Below, piece by piece: positions 37,476 to 47,110 of a DNA stretch of 64,000 nt. The DNA comes from Anaerolineae bacterium (GTDB lineage: Bacteria > Chloroflexota > Anaerolineae > CG2-30-64-16): positions 8,241 to 72,240 of the forward strand of contig JAXGYZ010000013.1 in assembly GCA_040772005.1 (NCBI GenBank), written 5' to 3'. A program made the translations under genes and the position numbers. Within the stretch, counting starts at the first letter, position 1. The number at the start of each line of letters is the position of its first letter. The notes beneath the pieces were generated by a model. The model was not told where the DNA came from, did not search any database, and worked only from the letters and a program-made list of their open reading frames with translations.

Positions 37476-38663
37476 CTACAGGGTATTCGTTGACGGCCCC
37501 GGGCCAGCCTGCACCAGCGCGCGCTGCATCACCCCGCGCACGCCTTCTACGCGGTCCAGCAGGCCGATCCGGTCGGAGTCGACGTGGTCGTAGGCCGAGC
37601 CGAGCGTATATGCCAGCAGACCGAGGTAGACGACCGCCAGCGCCGCGCTGCCGACCGGCGTATGCACCGGCGGCGCGAGCTTGACGAGGCTCAGCCCGGC
37701 GTTGACCTTCTGGACCACGCGCGCCTTCGCCGCATACTGCCCGGCCAACTGGCCGATCTGGTCGCGGGCGGCGTTAAGCGCGTCATCCGATCCCTGGTAC
37801 GCGGTCAACCAGCCGCCGATTTCCGCCTCGATGGCCCGCGTGCCCAGCACCCGACCTGCCACCTTCGCGAATACCGCACCGCTCTGCAACTGGTCCAGCC
37901 AGCCGCCCAGCGCCTTCTGTGCCGCCTTCTGTGCTTCGGCCAGCGCGTTCAGTCCGGTCAGCGCAAGGATCTTCTCGTTGGCGATGAGGACGAAATCGAG
38001 CGCACGGCTGCCGACCCGGACCAGGTCTGCGGCGAGTTCCTTCGTCAGGTCGCTGCCCACCATGCCCAGCGCAGTACGCAGCGTGCTGAAGTCGATAAGG
38101 AACATGCCCTGTACAATGGCGCTACCCGCGGTGACAGCATTGTCGCTGATGGCCTCCAGCGCGGCATGGACCGCGGGCGGCAACTCCGTCGCCAGGCCGG
38201 ACAACGCGCGCGTCCGGGACCGCGGCCGGACGCGCATCTGCGCGGCCTGGACGGCCGCTGCACCGACCAGGTATGCCTGCGGCGCTTCGATCATGGCGCG
38301 CAGCTCGGCCAGTTCGTTGAGCGACGCAAGCGGCGGCGCGTCGAGCGTCCGCTCTTCCGTGGCGAGGCTGCGTGATCCAGGGCCCGGTCCCGCCAGGCGT
38401 TCTGCGACGAGCAGGTCGAGCGCGGCGCCGGCCAGGAGCTGCACCTCCGCGGCCGCGGTCTCCAGCGGGTCGCCGGTCATCAGGCCGGTCTCCGCGGCGG
38501 CGCGGAGCGCGTCGGATTGCCCCAGCAGGGCGTCGACATCTGCTGTGGCCGTGCGGGGCTGCGCGCTGCGCAAGCCGGGTGTAGGGACCAGCAACCGCGA
38601 GACGGCGACGGCATATGCCGCACCGCTCTCGCGGCGTTCGGCTGGAGTCGCTGTGTTAGCCAT
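37476..38663 (-). CDS. Hypothetical alanine/leucine-rich helical protein
   Basis: 395-aa ORF with AGGAGG RBS; no family recognised. Confidence 0.65.
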   Translation of the reverse strand: MANTATPAERRESGAAYAVAVSRLLVPTPGLRSAQPRTATADVDALLGQSDALRAAAETGLMTGDPLETAAAEVQLLAGAALDLLVAERLAGPGPGSRSLATEERTLDAPPLASLNELAELRAMIEAPQAYLVGAAAVQAAQMRVRPRSRTRALSGLATELPPAVHAALEAISDNAVTAGSAIVQGMFLIDFSTLRTALGMVGSDLTKELAADLVRVGSRALDFVLIANEKILALTGLNALAEAQKAAQKALGGWLDQLQSGAVFAKVAGRVLGTRAIEAEIGGWLTAYQGSDDALNAARDQIGQLAGQYAAKARVVQKVNAGLSLVKLAPPVHTPVGSAALAVVYLGLLAYTLGSAYDHVDSDRIGLLDRVEGVRGVMQRALVQAGPGPSTNTL

Positions 38664-38714
38664 ACTGCCTCCTATGTCCGCAATCTATGTGCCTCGTCGC
38701 CCATGCCCTCAACG

Positions 38715-38751
38715 AAAAAGGGCAGAAGCTTCTGTTGTCTGCTTCTGCCCT
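38715..38751 (-). terminator. Intrinsic terminator after lgt
   Basis: AGGGCAGAAGC...GCTTCTGCCCT followed by TTTT on the minus strand. Confidence 0.7.
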
Positions 38752-38775
38752 ACATGCTCTCTGGCGTCGGTCGTC

Positions 38776-39693
38776 TTATTCTGCCTGCGGCGGTTCGGCT
38801 GGCGGCACGTGCTCCGCCGTGACCGCGGCCGGGGCGGGCCGCGGGCGCAGGTGATTGATGATGAGCCCGGCCACGCCGATGAGGATGCCGATGATGCTGA
38901 CCCATTGGGCCGTCGCGAGCCTGCCCATGACCCACGCGTCGGGCCGGAACATTTCGACCCAGATGCGCCCGACCGGGTACCAGATGAGGTACATCAGGAA
39001 GATGTCGCCGTCGCGCAGCCAGCCCTTGAAGCGCCGGCCGATGAACAGCAGCAGCCCCGCGCCGATGATGTTCCAGATCATCTCATAGAAGAAGGTCGGG
39101 TGGAAGCCGTTTGTCGCATACCACTGCTGCGCGTCCTCGGTCAGCCGCTCCGGGATACCGCAGGCCATCGGTGAGCCGGCCGGTTCCTGGCACGGAAAGT
39201 TCGGATTGATGTGGAAGGCCCACGCGGCATCGGTCGGCGGGCCGTAAAGTTCCTGGTTGACCCGGTTGCCCAGCCGGCCGATGGCCTGTGCAACCAGGAG
39301 GCCCGGTGCGGGGATGTCCAGCCAGCGCAGCAGGTTCAGCTTGGCGCGCCAGGTGTAGAGGACGATGGCAAGGACTCCCCCCAACACCCCGCCGAAGATG
39401 CCCAGCCCGCGAAAGCCCCCGTCCCAGAACTTGATGATCTCGATCGGGTTCTCCCGATAGTAGGACCACCCTGCGAAGTTGCCGGTCGGCGTGGAGAATA
39501 CGTGGTAGAGCCGCGCGCCGATGATGCCGAAGATGAGGCACCATGTCAGCACGTTCCAGACGTGCTCCGGGTCTTCGCCCCGGCGCGACGCCTCTTTCGT
39601 CGCAATCCAGGCCGCGATGACCGCGCCGGTCACGATCAGCAGGCCGTACCAGGTGACCTGAAACGGGCCGAGGTTCAGAATGATGGGATTCAT
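38776..39693 (-). CDS. lgt: Prolipoprotein diacylglyceryl transferase
   Basis: WYGL, GARLYHV, QAIGRLGN..NQELYG, HPTFFYE, R.WVEMFR. Confidence 0.93.
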   Translation of the reverse strand: MNPIILNLGPFQVTWYGLLIVTGAVIAAWIATKEASRRGEDPEHVWNVLTWCLIFGIIGARLYHVFSTPTGNFAGWSYYRENPIEIIKFWDGGFRGLGIFGGVLGGVLAIVLYTWRAKLNLLRWLDIPAPGLLVAQAIGRLGNRVNQELYGPPTDAAWAFHINPNFPCQEPAGSPMACGIPERLTEDAQQWYATNGFHPTFFYEMIWNIIGAGLLLFIGRRFKGWLRDGDIFLMYLIWYPVGRIWVEMFRPDAWVMGRLATAQWVSIIGILIGVAGLIINHLRPRPAPAAVTAEHVPPAEPPQAE

Positions 39694-39712
39694 GGGCTTT
39701 CCTTCTCACGTT

Positions 39713-39763
39713 AGGAACCCGTTTTCTAGGGTGAAGCGCAGCTTCACACGAAAACGGGTTCCT
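39713..39763. repeat. 51-bp palindromic repeat, copy 1
   Basis: AGGAACCCGTTTTC...GTGAAGC-GCTTCAC...GAAAACGGGTTCCT; inverted relative at 59653-59703. Confidence 0.85.
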
Positions 39764-39778
39764 CAACATCATTGGCCT

Positions 39779-40714
39779 TTATGCCTCGCGCCGCGCTCGC
39801 CGGGCCGCGCGATCGTCCGCCGGTGCGTCGCCGCCTGCGGCCGCCGCGGCTTCGCGCGCCAGCTTCCGCTGATACCGCAGCCAGCGCATGCAGTCCTCAT
39901 CGTGGCCCATCAGCATGTCCGCGGCCATGATGGACTTCTTGAGCTCCAGCTTGAGCGGGTTGGTGATGGCGCTCGTCATGCCGGCGGCAATCAGCATGGC
40001 GACGAAATTGGCGTTGATGGCCTCGCGGTCGGGCAGGCCGAAGGAGATGTTGCTCGCGCCGCAGACCGTGTTGCAGCCCAGTTCCTCCGCAATCCAGCGC
40101 ACCAGGTCCAGCACGGCCTTGCCAGCGCCGGGGACTGCGCCCGCGGGCATAACAAGCGGGTCGATCAGGATGTCTTCGCGCGCGATGCCGTAGGACTCGG
40201 CGCGCTGCACGATCCGCTTGGCGACCTCGAAGCGCACCTTCGGGTCCGTGCTGATGCCTGACTCGTCGTTGGAGATGGCGATGACCGCGCACTTGTATTC
40301 CGCTACCAGCGGCAGCACCTTCTCCATCCGCTCGTCTTCGCCCGTGACGGAGTTGATGAGCGGCCGGCCGCCCGCGGCCTTCAGCCCGGCAATCAGCGCG
40401 GGCACGACCGACGAGTCGATGCATAGCGGGACGTCAACCACTTCTTGGACGGCCTGGACCGCCTTGACCATGACTTCGGGTTCGAGGTCGTGTGCATTCG
40501 CGACGCCCAGCCCTGCGTTGACATCCAGGACGGTCGCTCCGGCCTCAACCTGCGCGCGGGCGTCCGCCTTCACGCGCTCGAAATTGCCCGCCAGCATCTC
40601 CGCGGCGAGCGCCTTACGGCCGGTCGGATTGATACGCTCACCGATGACGGTAAAGGGATGGTCCGGGCTGATGATGGCTTCGACGCCCGTCTGAGAGCGA
40701 AGGATAGTCTGCAT
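39779..40714 (-). CDS. Methyltetrahydrofolate:corrinoid methyltransferase (pterin-binding domain, AcsE/MetH-like)
   Basis: IGERINPTG, LDVNAG, LCIDSS, INSVTGE, IDPLV, GASNISFGLP. Confidence 0.9.
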   Translation of the reverse strand: MQTILRSQTGVEAIISPDHPFTVIGERINPTGRKALAAEMLAGNFERVKADARAQVEAGATVLDVNAGLGVANAHDLEPEVMVKAVQAVQEVVDVPLCIDSSVVPALIAGLKAAGGRPLINSVTGEDERMEKVLPLVAEYKCAVIAISNDESGISTDPKVRFEVAKRIVQRAESYGIAREDILIDPLVMPAGAVPGAGKAVLDLVRWIAEELGCNTVCGASNISFGLPDREAINANFVAMLIAAGMTSAITNPLKLELKKSIMAADMLMGHDEDCMRWLRYQRKLAREAAAAAGGDAPADDRAARRARREA

Positions 40715-40784
40715 GAGCGATTTACTCCTGAGGAATAGTGCGGCGGCTCGACAACGTCGTGACTACTGAGCACAGCCAGAGGGC

Positions 40785-40813
40785 ATTATAGTGCAGGCAC
40801 TAAGTCGGTGCAA
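40785..40813 (-). promoter_or_regulatory. sigma70-type promoter
   Basis: TTGCAC-17 nt-TATAAT. Confidence 0.7.
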
Positions 40814-40839
40814 ATCGCACTCGGATTTGAGCGTATAGC

Positions 40840-41418
40840 TCATGCGGTCTGCTCGAGGGCACGCGCTAGCAGATCGCTGACGGCCAATGCCTCAGCCCAT
40901 CGGCGCAGGTAGGGCAAGTCGAGCCGGCCTGCCTGCACGCGCAAGACGCTCAGGATATCGCGCCACTGGCGGTCCGATACCTCATCGCCCAAGCGGTACC
41001 ATACCAGCTTTGCGAGCACCGTATCCTCCGGGCTGGAGAGGTATGCAGTGCGCGGCGGATCGACGGAGAGCTGAGTAGCCCGACGGCGCTCAAACTGTGC
41101 CTGATCAAATGGGCGCCCTTTAGGGACAAAGACATCCACCTTGAACATCGTCTGCAGATGGATCAGGTTGAAGCTCCCCCGATTGAGCACCGCCGACCGT
41201 ACCGTATCAGGATCGAGGTAAAACGCATCGCGCAAAGCAGCGACGAAGGGCGCCACGTGCTCCGGCCGCAGATCGGCGACGAGATCCGCGTCGAGCGTAG
41301 CCCGGGCTGCGCCCTGTGCCGAGCTGGCGAACGACCCCCCCAGCAGGTAAGGGATGCCCAGCGCATCGAGCACATCGATCACCGTGAAAGTGACCGCCAG
41401 CGGTTCCGAAAGCGTCAT
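40840..41418 (-). CDS. Nucleotidyltransferase-fold protein (AbiEii/MenT-like motifs)
   Basis: YLLGGSFA, RATLDADLV, KVDVF, PEDTVLAKL, QWRDI. Confidence 0.7.
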   Translation of the reverse strand: MTLSEPLAVTFTVIDVLDALGIPYLLGGSFASSAQGAARATLDADLVADLRPEHVAPFVAALRDAFYLDPDTVRSAVLNRGSFNLIHLQTMFKVDVFVPKGRPFDQAQFERRRATQLSVDPPRTAYLSSPEDTVLAKLVWYRLGDEVSDRQWRDILSVLRVQAGRLDLPYLRRWAEALAVSDLLARALEQTA

Positions 41419-41675
41419 GGCGCGCCTCCGGGGACGTGCGCACCATACACTTTCTCAGCCACCTCTGATCCCAGCAGGATATCGGCCACCAGGCGTCGCA
41501 CCTCGCTCTCGCTGGCATGAGGATGCCGTTGGCGTACACCGCTGAAGACCAACTGCTGGAGCGTCTCGATCATACCGCACATGATTTCGATGCGCCGCCA
41601 CTCCGGCGCGTCGCGCAGCAGCCCAACCAGAACTCGTTCGGCTTGCGGGTCGGTGTCAGAATCCAGGTCGTTCAT
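41415..41675 (-). CDS. Small helical protein coupled to the nucleotidyltransferase (putative antitoxin)
   Basis: 86 aa, DTDPQAE..GVRQRHP; ATGA overlap. Confidence 0.65.
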   Translation of the reverse strand: MNDLDSDTDPQAERVLVGLLRDAPEWRRIEIMCGMIETLQQLVFSGVRQRHPHASESEVRRLVADILLGSEVAEKVYGAHVPGGAP

Positions 41676-41858
41676 GGTACGGGCAGTATACCGCCGCCAC
41701 GATTTGGGAGCAAGGACGCATCTCCCCCCACCGGGGTCATCATGGGCCGAAGGTGTGGGCCTGCCATACTATAGTTGAAGGCAGTGATTTGCGCGATTAT
41801 GGCGTCTCTGCTAGGGTAGTCGAACACCCGCATAAAATCGTTTTCAGGATGATACAGC

Positions 41859-42737
41859 ATGCGACAATTCCGTTATCCGCCCGCCACGGGCTGGCTCAAG
41901 GGCAACACTCACATCCACAGCACCGCCTCCGATGGCGGCCTTGACTTCCCCGCGCTCGCTACGCTGTACGCGGGCGCCGGCTACGACTTCCTGTTCCGCA
42001 CCGACCACTGGGTGCTGTCCGACACGGCGCGCGACACGGCCGCCTATCCGCTGCTCTGGCTCGACGGCGTGGAACTGCACGGCACCGACCAGACAGGCGC
42101 GATGTACCATGTCGCGGTCCTGGGCCGGGTGACGGGCCTCCGGCAGGAGGAGGGACTCGTGCCAGCGATGGCCGCGGCGCGCGCACAGGGCGCGCTGCTT
42201 ATCCTGGCGCATCCGCATTGGTGCGCGAATACGCTTGACGACGCGCGGCGCCACCACTTCGACGGCGTGGAGGTCTACAATCATGTTTGCCGCTGGCTGA
42301 ACGGCAAAGGAGATGGCGGGGTCTACTGGACGACCCTGCTGGAGCGCAACAATAGCATCATCGGTCTGGCGGTGGACGACGCGCACATCCGCGCCGAGCA
42401 TCCCGGCTGGAACGGCGGATGGGTCATGGTTGCCGCGGCCGAGCGCACCCCCGCAGCCATCCTGTCTGCGCTGCGCGCAGGCCACTTCTACTCGTCCTGC
42501 GGGCCGGTCATCCACAACATCGCCTACAATGGTCGCCGCGTCAGCATCGAGACCTCGCCCGTGCAGTTCGCTCGGCTGGTTGGCCCGAACAGCCACGGCC
42601 AGCGGGTCGGCAGCTTCGACGGCCGCCGTCTGACCGCCGCCGCGTTCGACGTGCCGGACGAGTGGCGCTATGCCTATTTCGAAATCGAGGATGATATGGG
42701 CCGCCGCGCGTGGACCAACCACTTGTTCACGGAGTAG
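41859..42737 (+). CDS. PHP-domain metallohydrolase (CehA/McbA-like)
   Basis: WLKGNTHIHSTASDG, TDH, AHPHW, GVEVYN, DDAH. Confidence 0.82.
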   Translation: MRQFRYPPATGWLKGNTHIHSTASDGGLDFPALATLYAGAGYDFLFRTDHWVLSDTARDTAAYPLLWLDGVELHGTDQTGAMYHVAVLGRVTGLRQEEGLVPAMAAARAQGALLILAHPHWCANTLDDARRHHFDGVEVYNHVCRWLNGKGDGGVYWTTLLERNNSIIGLAVDDAHIRAEHPGWNGGWVMVAAAERTPAAILSALRAGHFYSSCGPVIHNIAYNGRRVSIETSPVQFARLVGPNSHGQRVGSFDGRRLTAAAFDVPDEWRYAYFEIEDDMGRRAWTNHLFTE

Positions 42738-42758
42738 CCACAGAGGTCACAGATAAAC

Positions 42759-42841
42759 GGTTGCAGGTTAGCAGGTTGCAGGTTTCGAGGATGTGCTGTT
42801 CAACGGAACAACCTTCAACCTGCAACCTTCCAACCTGTAAC
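42759..42841. repeat. Heptamer-based palindromic repeat (GGTTGCA units)
   Basis: GGTTGCAGGTTAGCAGGTTGCAGGTT...AACCTTCAACCTGCAACCTTCCAACCTGTAAC. Confidence 0.8.
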
Positions 42842-43446
42842 TACCTCAGCGCGAGCGCGGCCGCGATGTCCTGTGCAATCATCTGGCGCTTGCTCTTCTC
42901 GATGAAGAAGCTTGGCCCGGCCTGCAGATAGGAAGGAAAAGCCCGGCCGCCCCGGAAGGTGTACGTCCCCCCGCGAATCTTGTACGTGGATCCCGCCGGG
43001 ATGACCCGCGGCTCGCCCGTGCGCGCAGCGATCGCATTGACCGCCTTGATCGCCACATCGCCCATCAGCAGCCAGGCCTTGACGTGCCGGAAGGGCGCGA
43101 GCTCCTGTTCCAGCAGGTGCGAGCACTGCCGGATGGTTGCGGTGCTGATGCCGTAGCCCGTCTTGCCGCACTTGATGGCAGTGGTCAGGTACACGCCCAG
43201 GTCGAGGATGTCCTCCATCGAGCTCACATCCGCCCCGGCATCGCGGAAGGCCTGGACGGTCGTCTGGCCGAACAACGGGTTGCCCGGCGCGTAGTAGTCG
43301 TCCGCAGGGTTCTGCGGTGCAGCCTCGGAGATGAGCACGATGGACACATGCTCCGGCTGCACATCGACGTTCGGAATAACATAACATTCGTGGTTGACGT
43401 CGGCGCAGGGCAAGTCCGCACATTGAATTAAGTCGCCTATCTTCAT
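42841..43446 (-). CDS. Uracil-DNA glycosylase superfamily protein
   Basis: C.DLPC, LISEAAP, YLTTAIKC, C..LLEQEL, LLMGDVA; ATG 43446 after GGAGG. Confidence 0.65.
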   Translation of the reverse strand: MKIGDLIQCADLPCADVNHECYVIPNVDVQPEHVSIVLISEAAPQNPADDYYAPGNPLFGQTTVQAFRDAGADVSSMEDILDLGVYLTTAIKCGKTGYGISTATIRQCSHLLEQELAPFRHVKAWLLMGDVAIKAVNAIAARTGEPRVIPAGSTYKIRGGTYTFRGGRAFPSYLQAGPSFFIEKSKRQMIAQDIAAALALR

Positions 43447-43569
43447 ATGCTCGCTCCCTCCTTGAGGTGACAGGCATATTATAACTCTGTTCAGCGAACC
43501 TGTAACCATAAACCTGGTAGCCCCCAGCTTGATGAAGGTTAACAAGTGAAGCCGTAGCTTGCAACCCGT

Positions 43570-43598
43570 TTGCCTTGCAGCCTCTTTTGACGTACAAT
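43570..43598 (+). promoter_or_regulatory. sigma70-type promoter
   Basis: TTGCCT-17 nt-TACAAT. Confidence 0.6.
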
Positions 43599-43635
43599 CG
43601 CGCCGTCATTGAATCACCTTTGCCAGTGAGTCGCC

Positions 43636-45810
43636 ATGTCTTTCAATTCAGCCAAAACTCATCGTGTTGTGTTCCAGCCTTCCGGCCGCCAGGGTGAAGT
43701 CGCGGACGGCACGAACCTGCTGGACGCGGCGCGCGCGCTCGGCGTCGAAATCGAGTCCATCTGCAGCGGCCGCCAGACGTGCGGCAAGTGCCAGGTCATG
43801 GTCCAGGAGGGGCACTTTTCCAAGCACGGTATAGATTCGGCCGCGGACCATCTCTCCCCGCCCGATGGTCGGGAGACGCGTTACTTCGACAAACATCCCG
43901 CCCTGCCGGGGCGGCGATTATCCTGCTCCTGCGAAGTGCACGGCGACCTGATGATCTTCGTGCCCGAAGAAAGCCAGGCACGCAAGCAGGTGGTGCGTAA
44001 GGCTGCCACCGTGCGCGCCATCGAGATTGACCCGCCCATCCGCCTGTACTATGTCGAGATCGAGGAGCCGACGCTGGAACATCAGCTTGGCGATTGGGAC
44101 CGCATCGCCAATGAGCTGGCCGAGCGTTTTGATCTGCCCGGCGTGCATCTCGACCCTATCCTGCTGAACGACCTGCAGCGCGTCGTGCGCAAGGGCGACT
44201 GGAAAGTGACGGTCACGGTCTGGCAGGGCCGCGAGGCCGTGCGCGTGCAGCCAGGCTATGCTGAGGAGGCTTACGGCCTGGCCGTAGACATCGGCACGAC
44301 GAGCGTTGCAATGCACCTGTGCGACCTGCGAACCGGCGAGGTGCTCGCAACGGTGAGCCAGATGAACCCGCAGGTGGCCTATGGCGAGGACCTGATGAGC
44401 CGGGTCAGCTATTGCGACCTGAACGGGGCCGAGGGACTGGCAACGCTGCACGACGCGATTATCGCCGCGCTGAATGAGCTTGCGCGGCAGGCCGCGGCCG
44501 AGGCCGACATACCGGTGACCGCGATCACTGATATTGTACTGGTCGGCAACAGCGTCATGCATCACATCCTGCTCAACATCCCGCCGCGCGAGCTGGGCCA
44601 ATCGCCCTTCGCGCCGGCGATCAGTGATGCCGTGGACGTAAAGGCGCGGGAGCTCGGATTGCGCCTCGCGCCAGGCGCGCGGGCGCATGTGCTCCCTGTC
44701 GAGGCCGGGCATGTCGGTGCGGACAACGTGGGCGTCATCCTGGCCGAAGAGCCCGACAAAGCGCCGGAGAACGAAGTCTGGCTCATCGTGGACGTCGGCA
44801 CCAACGGAGAACTGCTCTTGGGCAATTCCAAACAGCTTTTCTCCGCGTCCAGCCCGACCGGTCCCGCGTTCGAGGGCGCGCAGATTCGCCACGGTATGCG
44901 CGCGGCGCCGGGCGCCATCGAGCGCGTGCGCATCGACCCGGAGACGCTGGAGGCGCGCTTCAAGGTTATCGGCCGCGACGAGTGGAACGACCAGTGGACG
45001 AGCGGCGAGAGCGCCGACCCATTTGGGCACGATCCGGCCCGCGATGAGGGCGCGCATGTCGAGGATGCCGAGCCGGACGTCGCGTCGTTCGATGCGCCCC
45101 GCCGCAAGCGCAGGCCGCGACCCGGTGACGCCCCGATCCTGGCTGCGGGCATCTGTGGTTCGGGCATCATCGAGGCTGTGGCCGAGCTATTCATGGCGGG
45201 CATGCTGACGCCCGACGGCCGGTTTGCGCCGGAAATCGAGTCCCCGCGGCTGAGCTGGCAGGGTGCGAAGGCCGAATACGTGCTGGCCTGGCCGCACGAG
45301 ACGAGCACGGGCCGGCCGGTCGTCATCACAAGCGAGGACGTGCGCAACATCCAGCTCGGCAAAGCCGCGCTCTACTCGGGCGCCCGGCTGCTGATGGATC
45401 GCATGGGCGTGGACCGGGTGGATCGCGTTATGCTGGCCGGCGCGTTCGGCAGCTACATCGACTCAAGGCACGCGATGGTGCTCGGCATGATTCCCGACTG
45501 CGACCTGGCCCGCGTCACCACCGTCGGTAACTCCGCGGGCGATGGCGCGCGAATCGCGCTGCTCAACAAGAACGAGCGCGAAGATGCGCGGCGGTTGGCG
45601 CGCTGGACGAAGTACATCGGCATTGCGCTCGAACCGCGCTTCCAGGATGCCTTCGTGGAAGCCATGCCGCTGCCGCATTCGGTTGACAGCTTCCCGCACC
45701 TGGCGGAGATACTTGAAGCTGCGACTGCACGGCGGCGGGCCCGCGGCGTCTCTGACATCGTCAAAGCACGCAGCCGGCGGCGACAGGTAGTAAGCACAGA
45801 AGGAGGGTAG
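43636..45810 (+). CDS. ASKHA-domain reductive activator of corrinoid proteins (RACo/RamA-like) with N-terminal 2Fe-2S domain
   Basis: CSGRQTCGKC..RLSC, AVDIGTTS, YGEDLMSR, DVGTNGE, GPAFEG, GICGSG, LAGAFGS. Confidence 0.9.
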   Translation: MSFNSAKTHRVVFQPSGRQGEVADGTNLLDAARALGVEIESICSGRQTCGKCQVMVQEGHFSKHGIDSAADHLSPPDGRETRYFDKHPALPGRRLSCSCEVHGDLMIFVPEESQARKQVVRKAATVRAIEIDPPIRLYYVEIEEPTLEHQLGDWDRIANELAERFDLPGVHLDPILLNDLQRVVRKGDWKVTVTVWQGREAVRVQPGYAEEAYGLAVDIGTTSVAMHLCDLRTGEVLATVSQMNPQVAYGEDLMSRVSYCDLNGAEGLATLHDAIIAALNELARQAAAEADIPVTAITDIVLVGNSVMHHILLNIPPRELGQSPFAPAISDAVDVKARELGLRLAPGARAHVLPVEAGHVGADNVGVILAEEPDKAPENEVWLIVDVGTNGELLLGNSKQLFSASSPTGPAFEGAQIRHGMRAAPGAIERVRIDPETLEARFKVIGRDEWNDQWTSGESADPFGHDPARDEGAHVEDAEPDVASFDAPRRKRRPRPGDAPILAAGICGSGIIEAVAELFMAGMLTPDGRFAPEIESPRLSWQGAKAEYVLAWPHETSTGRPVVITSEDVRNIQLGKAALYSGARLLMDRMGVDRVDRVMLAGAFGSYIDSRHAMVLGMIPDCDLARVTTVGNSAGDGARIALLNKNEREDARRLARWTKYIGIALEPRFQDAFVEAMPLPHSVDSFPHLAEILEAATARRRARGVSDIVKARSRRRQVVSTEGG

Positions 45811-45815
45811 GAGCG

Positions 45816-46289
45816 ATGACCCAAGCCACGACGGCAGCCTGGCCGGATGTCCTGGCGCTCCTGCGGCAGACCCCGCGCACGCTGCGGGATCTGACCGCGG
45901 ATGTGTCGCCGCACATCCTGCGCACGCGGCCCGCGCCCGATCAGTGGTCGGTGAGCGAAATCATCAGCCATTTGTGCGCGGTCGAGCCGCCCTATCGTGC
46001 CCGTCTGGTGCGCATCACCCTGCAGGAGAATCCCTACGTCACAGCCATCGGGCGCATCACGGGCGACTATGACCCCGACACGCCGGTTCCCATCCTGATC
46101 GAGACGTTCACGTCGTTGCGCACTTCCACGCTCGACTTCCTGGAAAGCCTGGCGCCTGTGGCCCGGGCGCGGCCCGCGGTTCATGCGGAGCTGGGGCCGA
46201 TCACGCTGCGCAGCCAGGTCGAGGCGCTCCTTGCCAACGACGAGGAACAACTGGCTCGCATCCGGGCCATCCTGGACGGCGCTGCATAG
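45816..46289 (+). CDS. DinB/YfiT family protein
   Basis: RPAPDQWSVSEIISHL, H.ELG.ITL. Confidence 0.75.
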   Translation: MTQATTAAWPDVLALLRQTPRTLRDLTADVSPHILRTRPAPDQWSVSEIISHLCAVEPPYRARLVRITLQENPYVTAIGRITGDYDPDTPVPILIETFTSLRTSTLDFLESLAPVARARPAVHAELGPITLRSQVEALLANDEEQLARIRAILDGAA

Positions 46290-46401
46290 ATATTCTATCC
46301 GGAATCTGCTCTGGTCGGTCTCGGCAACCGCAGGTTGCACAACCGAGCCAGCGCACGTTTAAGATGGTGTTGTAGAGATCCCTTGTTGTCAGGAAGGTGT
46401 C

Positions 46402-47073
46402 ATGTCTGAGTTTGCCAACCTATCGCCCGAACTGCAAGAGCATTACACGAACATGCAGGATGACCTGTACGACGGGCTCAAGGAGGAAGTGGTCGAGGCG
46501 ACGCGCAAGGCGCTCGCGTGGGGCGAATCGCCGGTCAATGTACTGAATTACGGCCTCGTGGCCGCCATGGACGTCGTGGGCCGGGACTTCGGTGCAGGCA
46601 TCCTCTGGGTGCCGGAGGTGCTGCGTGCGGCCAACGCGATGAAGGCCGCGATGGAAATCCTGCGCCCGCTCTTGACGGAGACCGGCGCGCCCAAGATTGG
46701 CATTGCCGTCATCGGCACGGTCAAGGGCGACATCCATGACATCGGCAAGAACCTCGTCGGCATGATGTGGGAGGGCGCAGGCTTTGAGGTGCACAATCTC
46801 GGCATCAACGTGGACGCGGATAAGTTCATTGCGGCCATCCGGGAGCACAATGCCGATATCCTCGGCATGTCCGCGCTGCTGACCACGACCATGCCCTACA
46901 TGCTTAACGTCATTGAGCGGCTCAAGGAAGAAGGGTTGCGCGAACGGGTCAAGGTGCTGGTCGGCGGCGCGCCGCTCAACAGCGCCTTTGCAGAAGATAT
47001 CGGCGCGGACCATTATTGCAAGGATGCGGCAGAAGCGGTCGTGACCGCAAAGGCCGTGATGCAGGCACAATAG
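46402..47073 (+). CDS. Corrinoid (B12-binding) protein
   Basis: Cap domain M..VG..F...VPEV; GTVKGDIHDIGKNLV, SALLTTT, GGAP. Confidence 0.93.
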   Translation: MSEFANLSPELQEHYTNMQDDLYDGLKEEVVEATRKALAWGESPVNVLNYGLVAAMDVVGRDFGAGILWVPEVLRAANAMKAAMEILRPLLTETGAPKIGIAVIGTVKGDIHDIGKNLVGMMWEGAGFEVHNLGINVDADKFIAAIREHNADILGMSALLTTTMPYMLNVIERLKEEGLRERVKVLVGGAPLNSAFAEDIGADHYCKDAAEAVVTAKAVMQAQ

Positions 47074-47110
47074 CAGACCGTTCGGCAGGCATAGCCGAAA
47101 AAGAGGAAGT

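Noticed and set aside
41672-41860. 62-aa minus-strand ORF upstream of the nucleotidyltransferase pair
   Set aside because: No recognisable motif, and it spans the divergent promoter region
43447-43635. Cobalamin or SAM riboswitch upstream of the corrinoid genes
   Set aside because: No B12-box or S-box core is visible, and the predicted leader is too short
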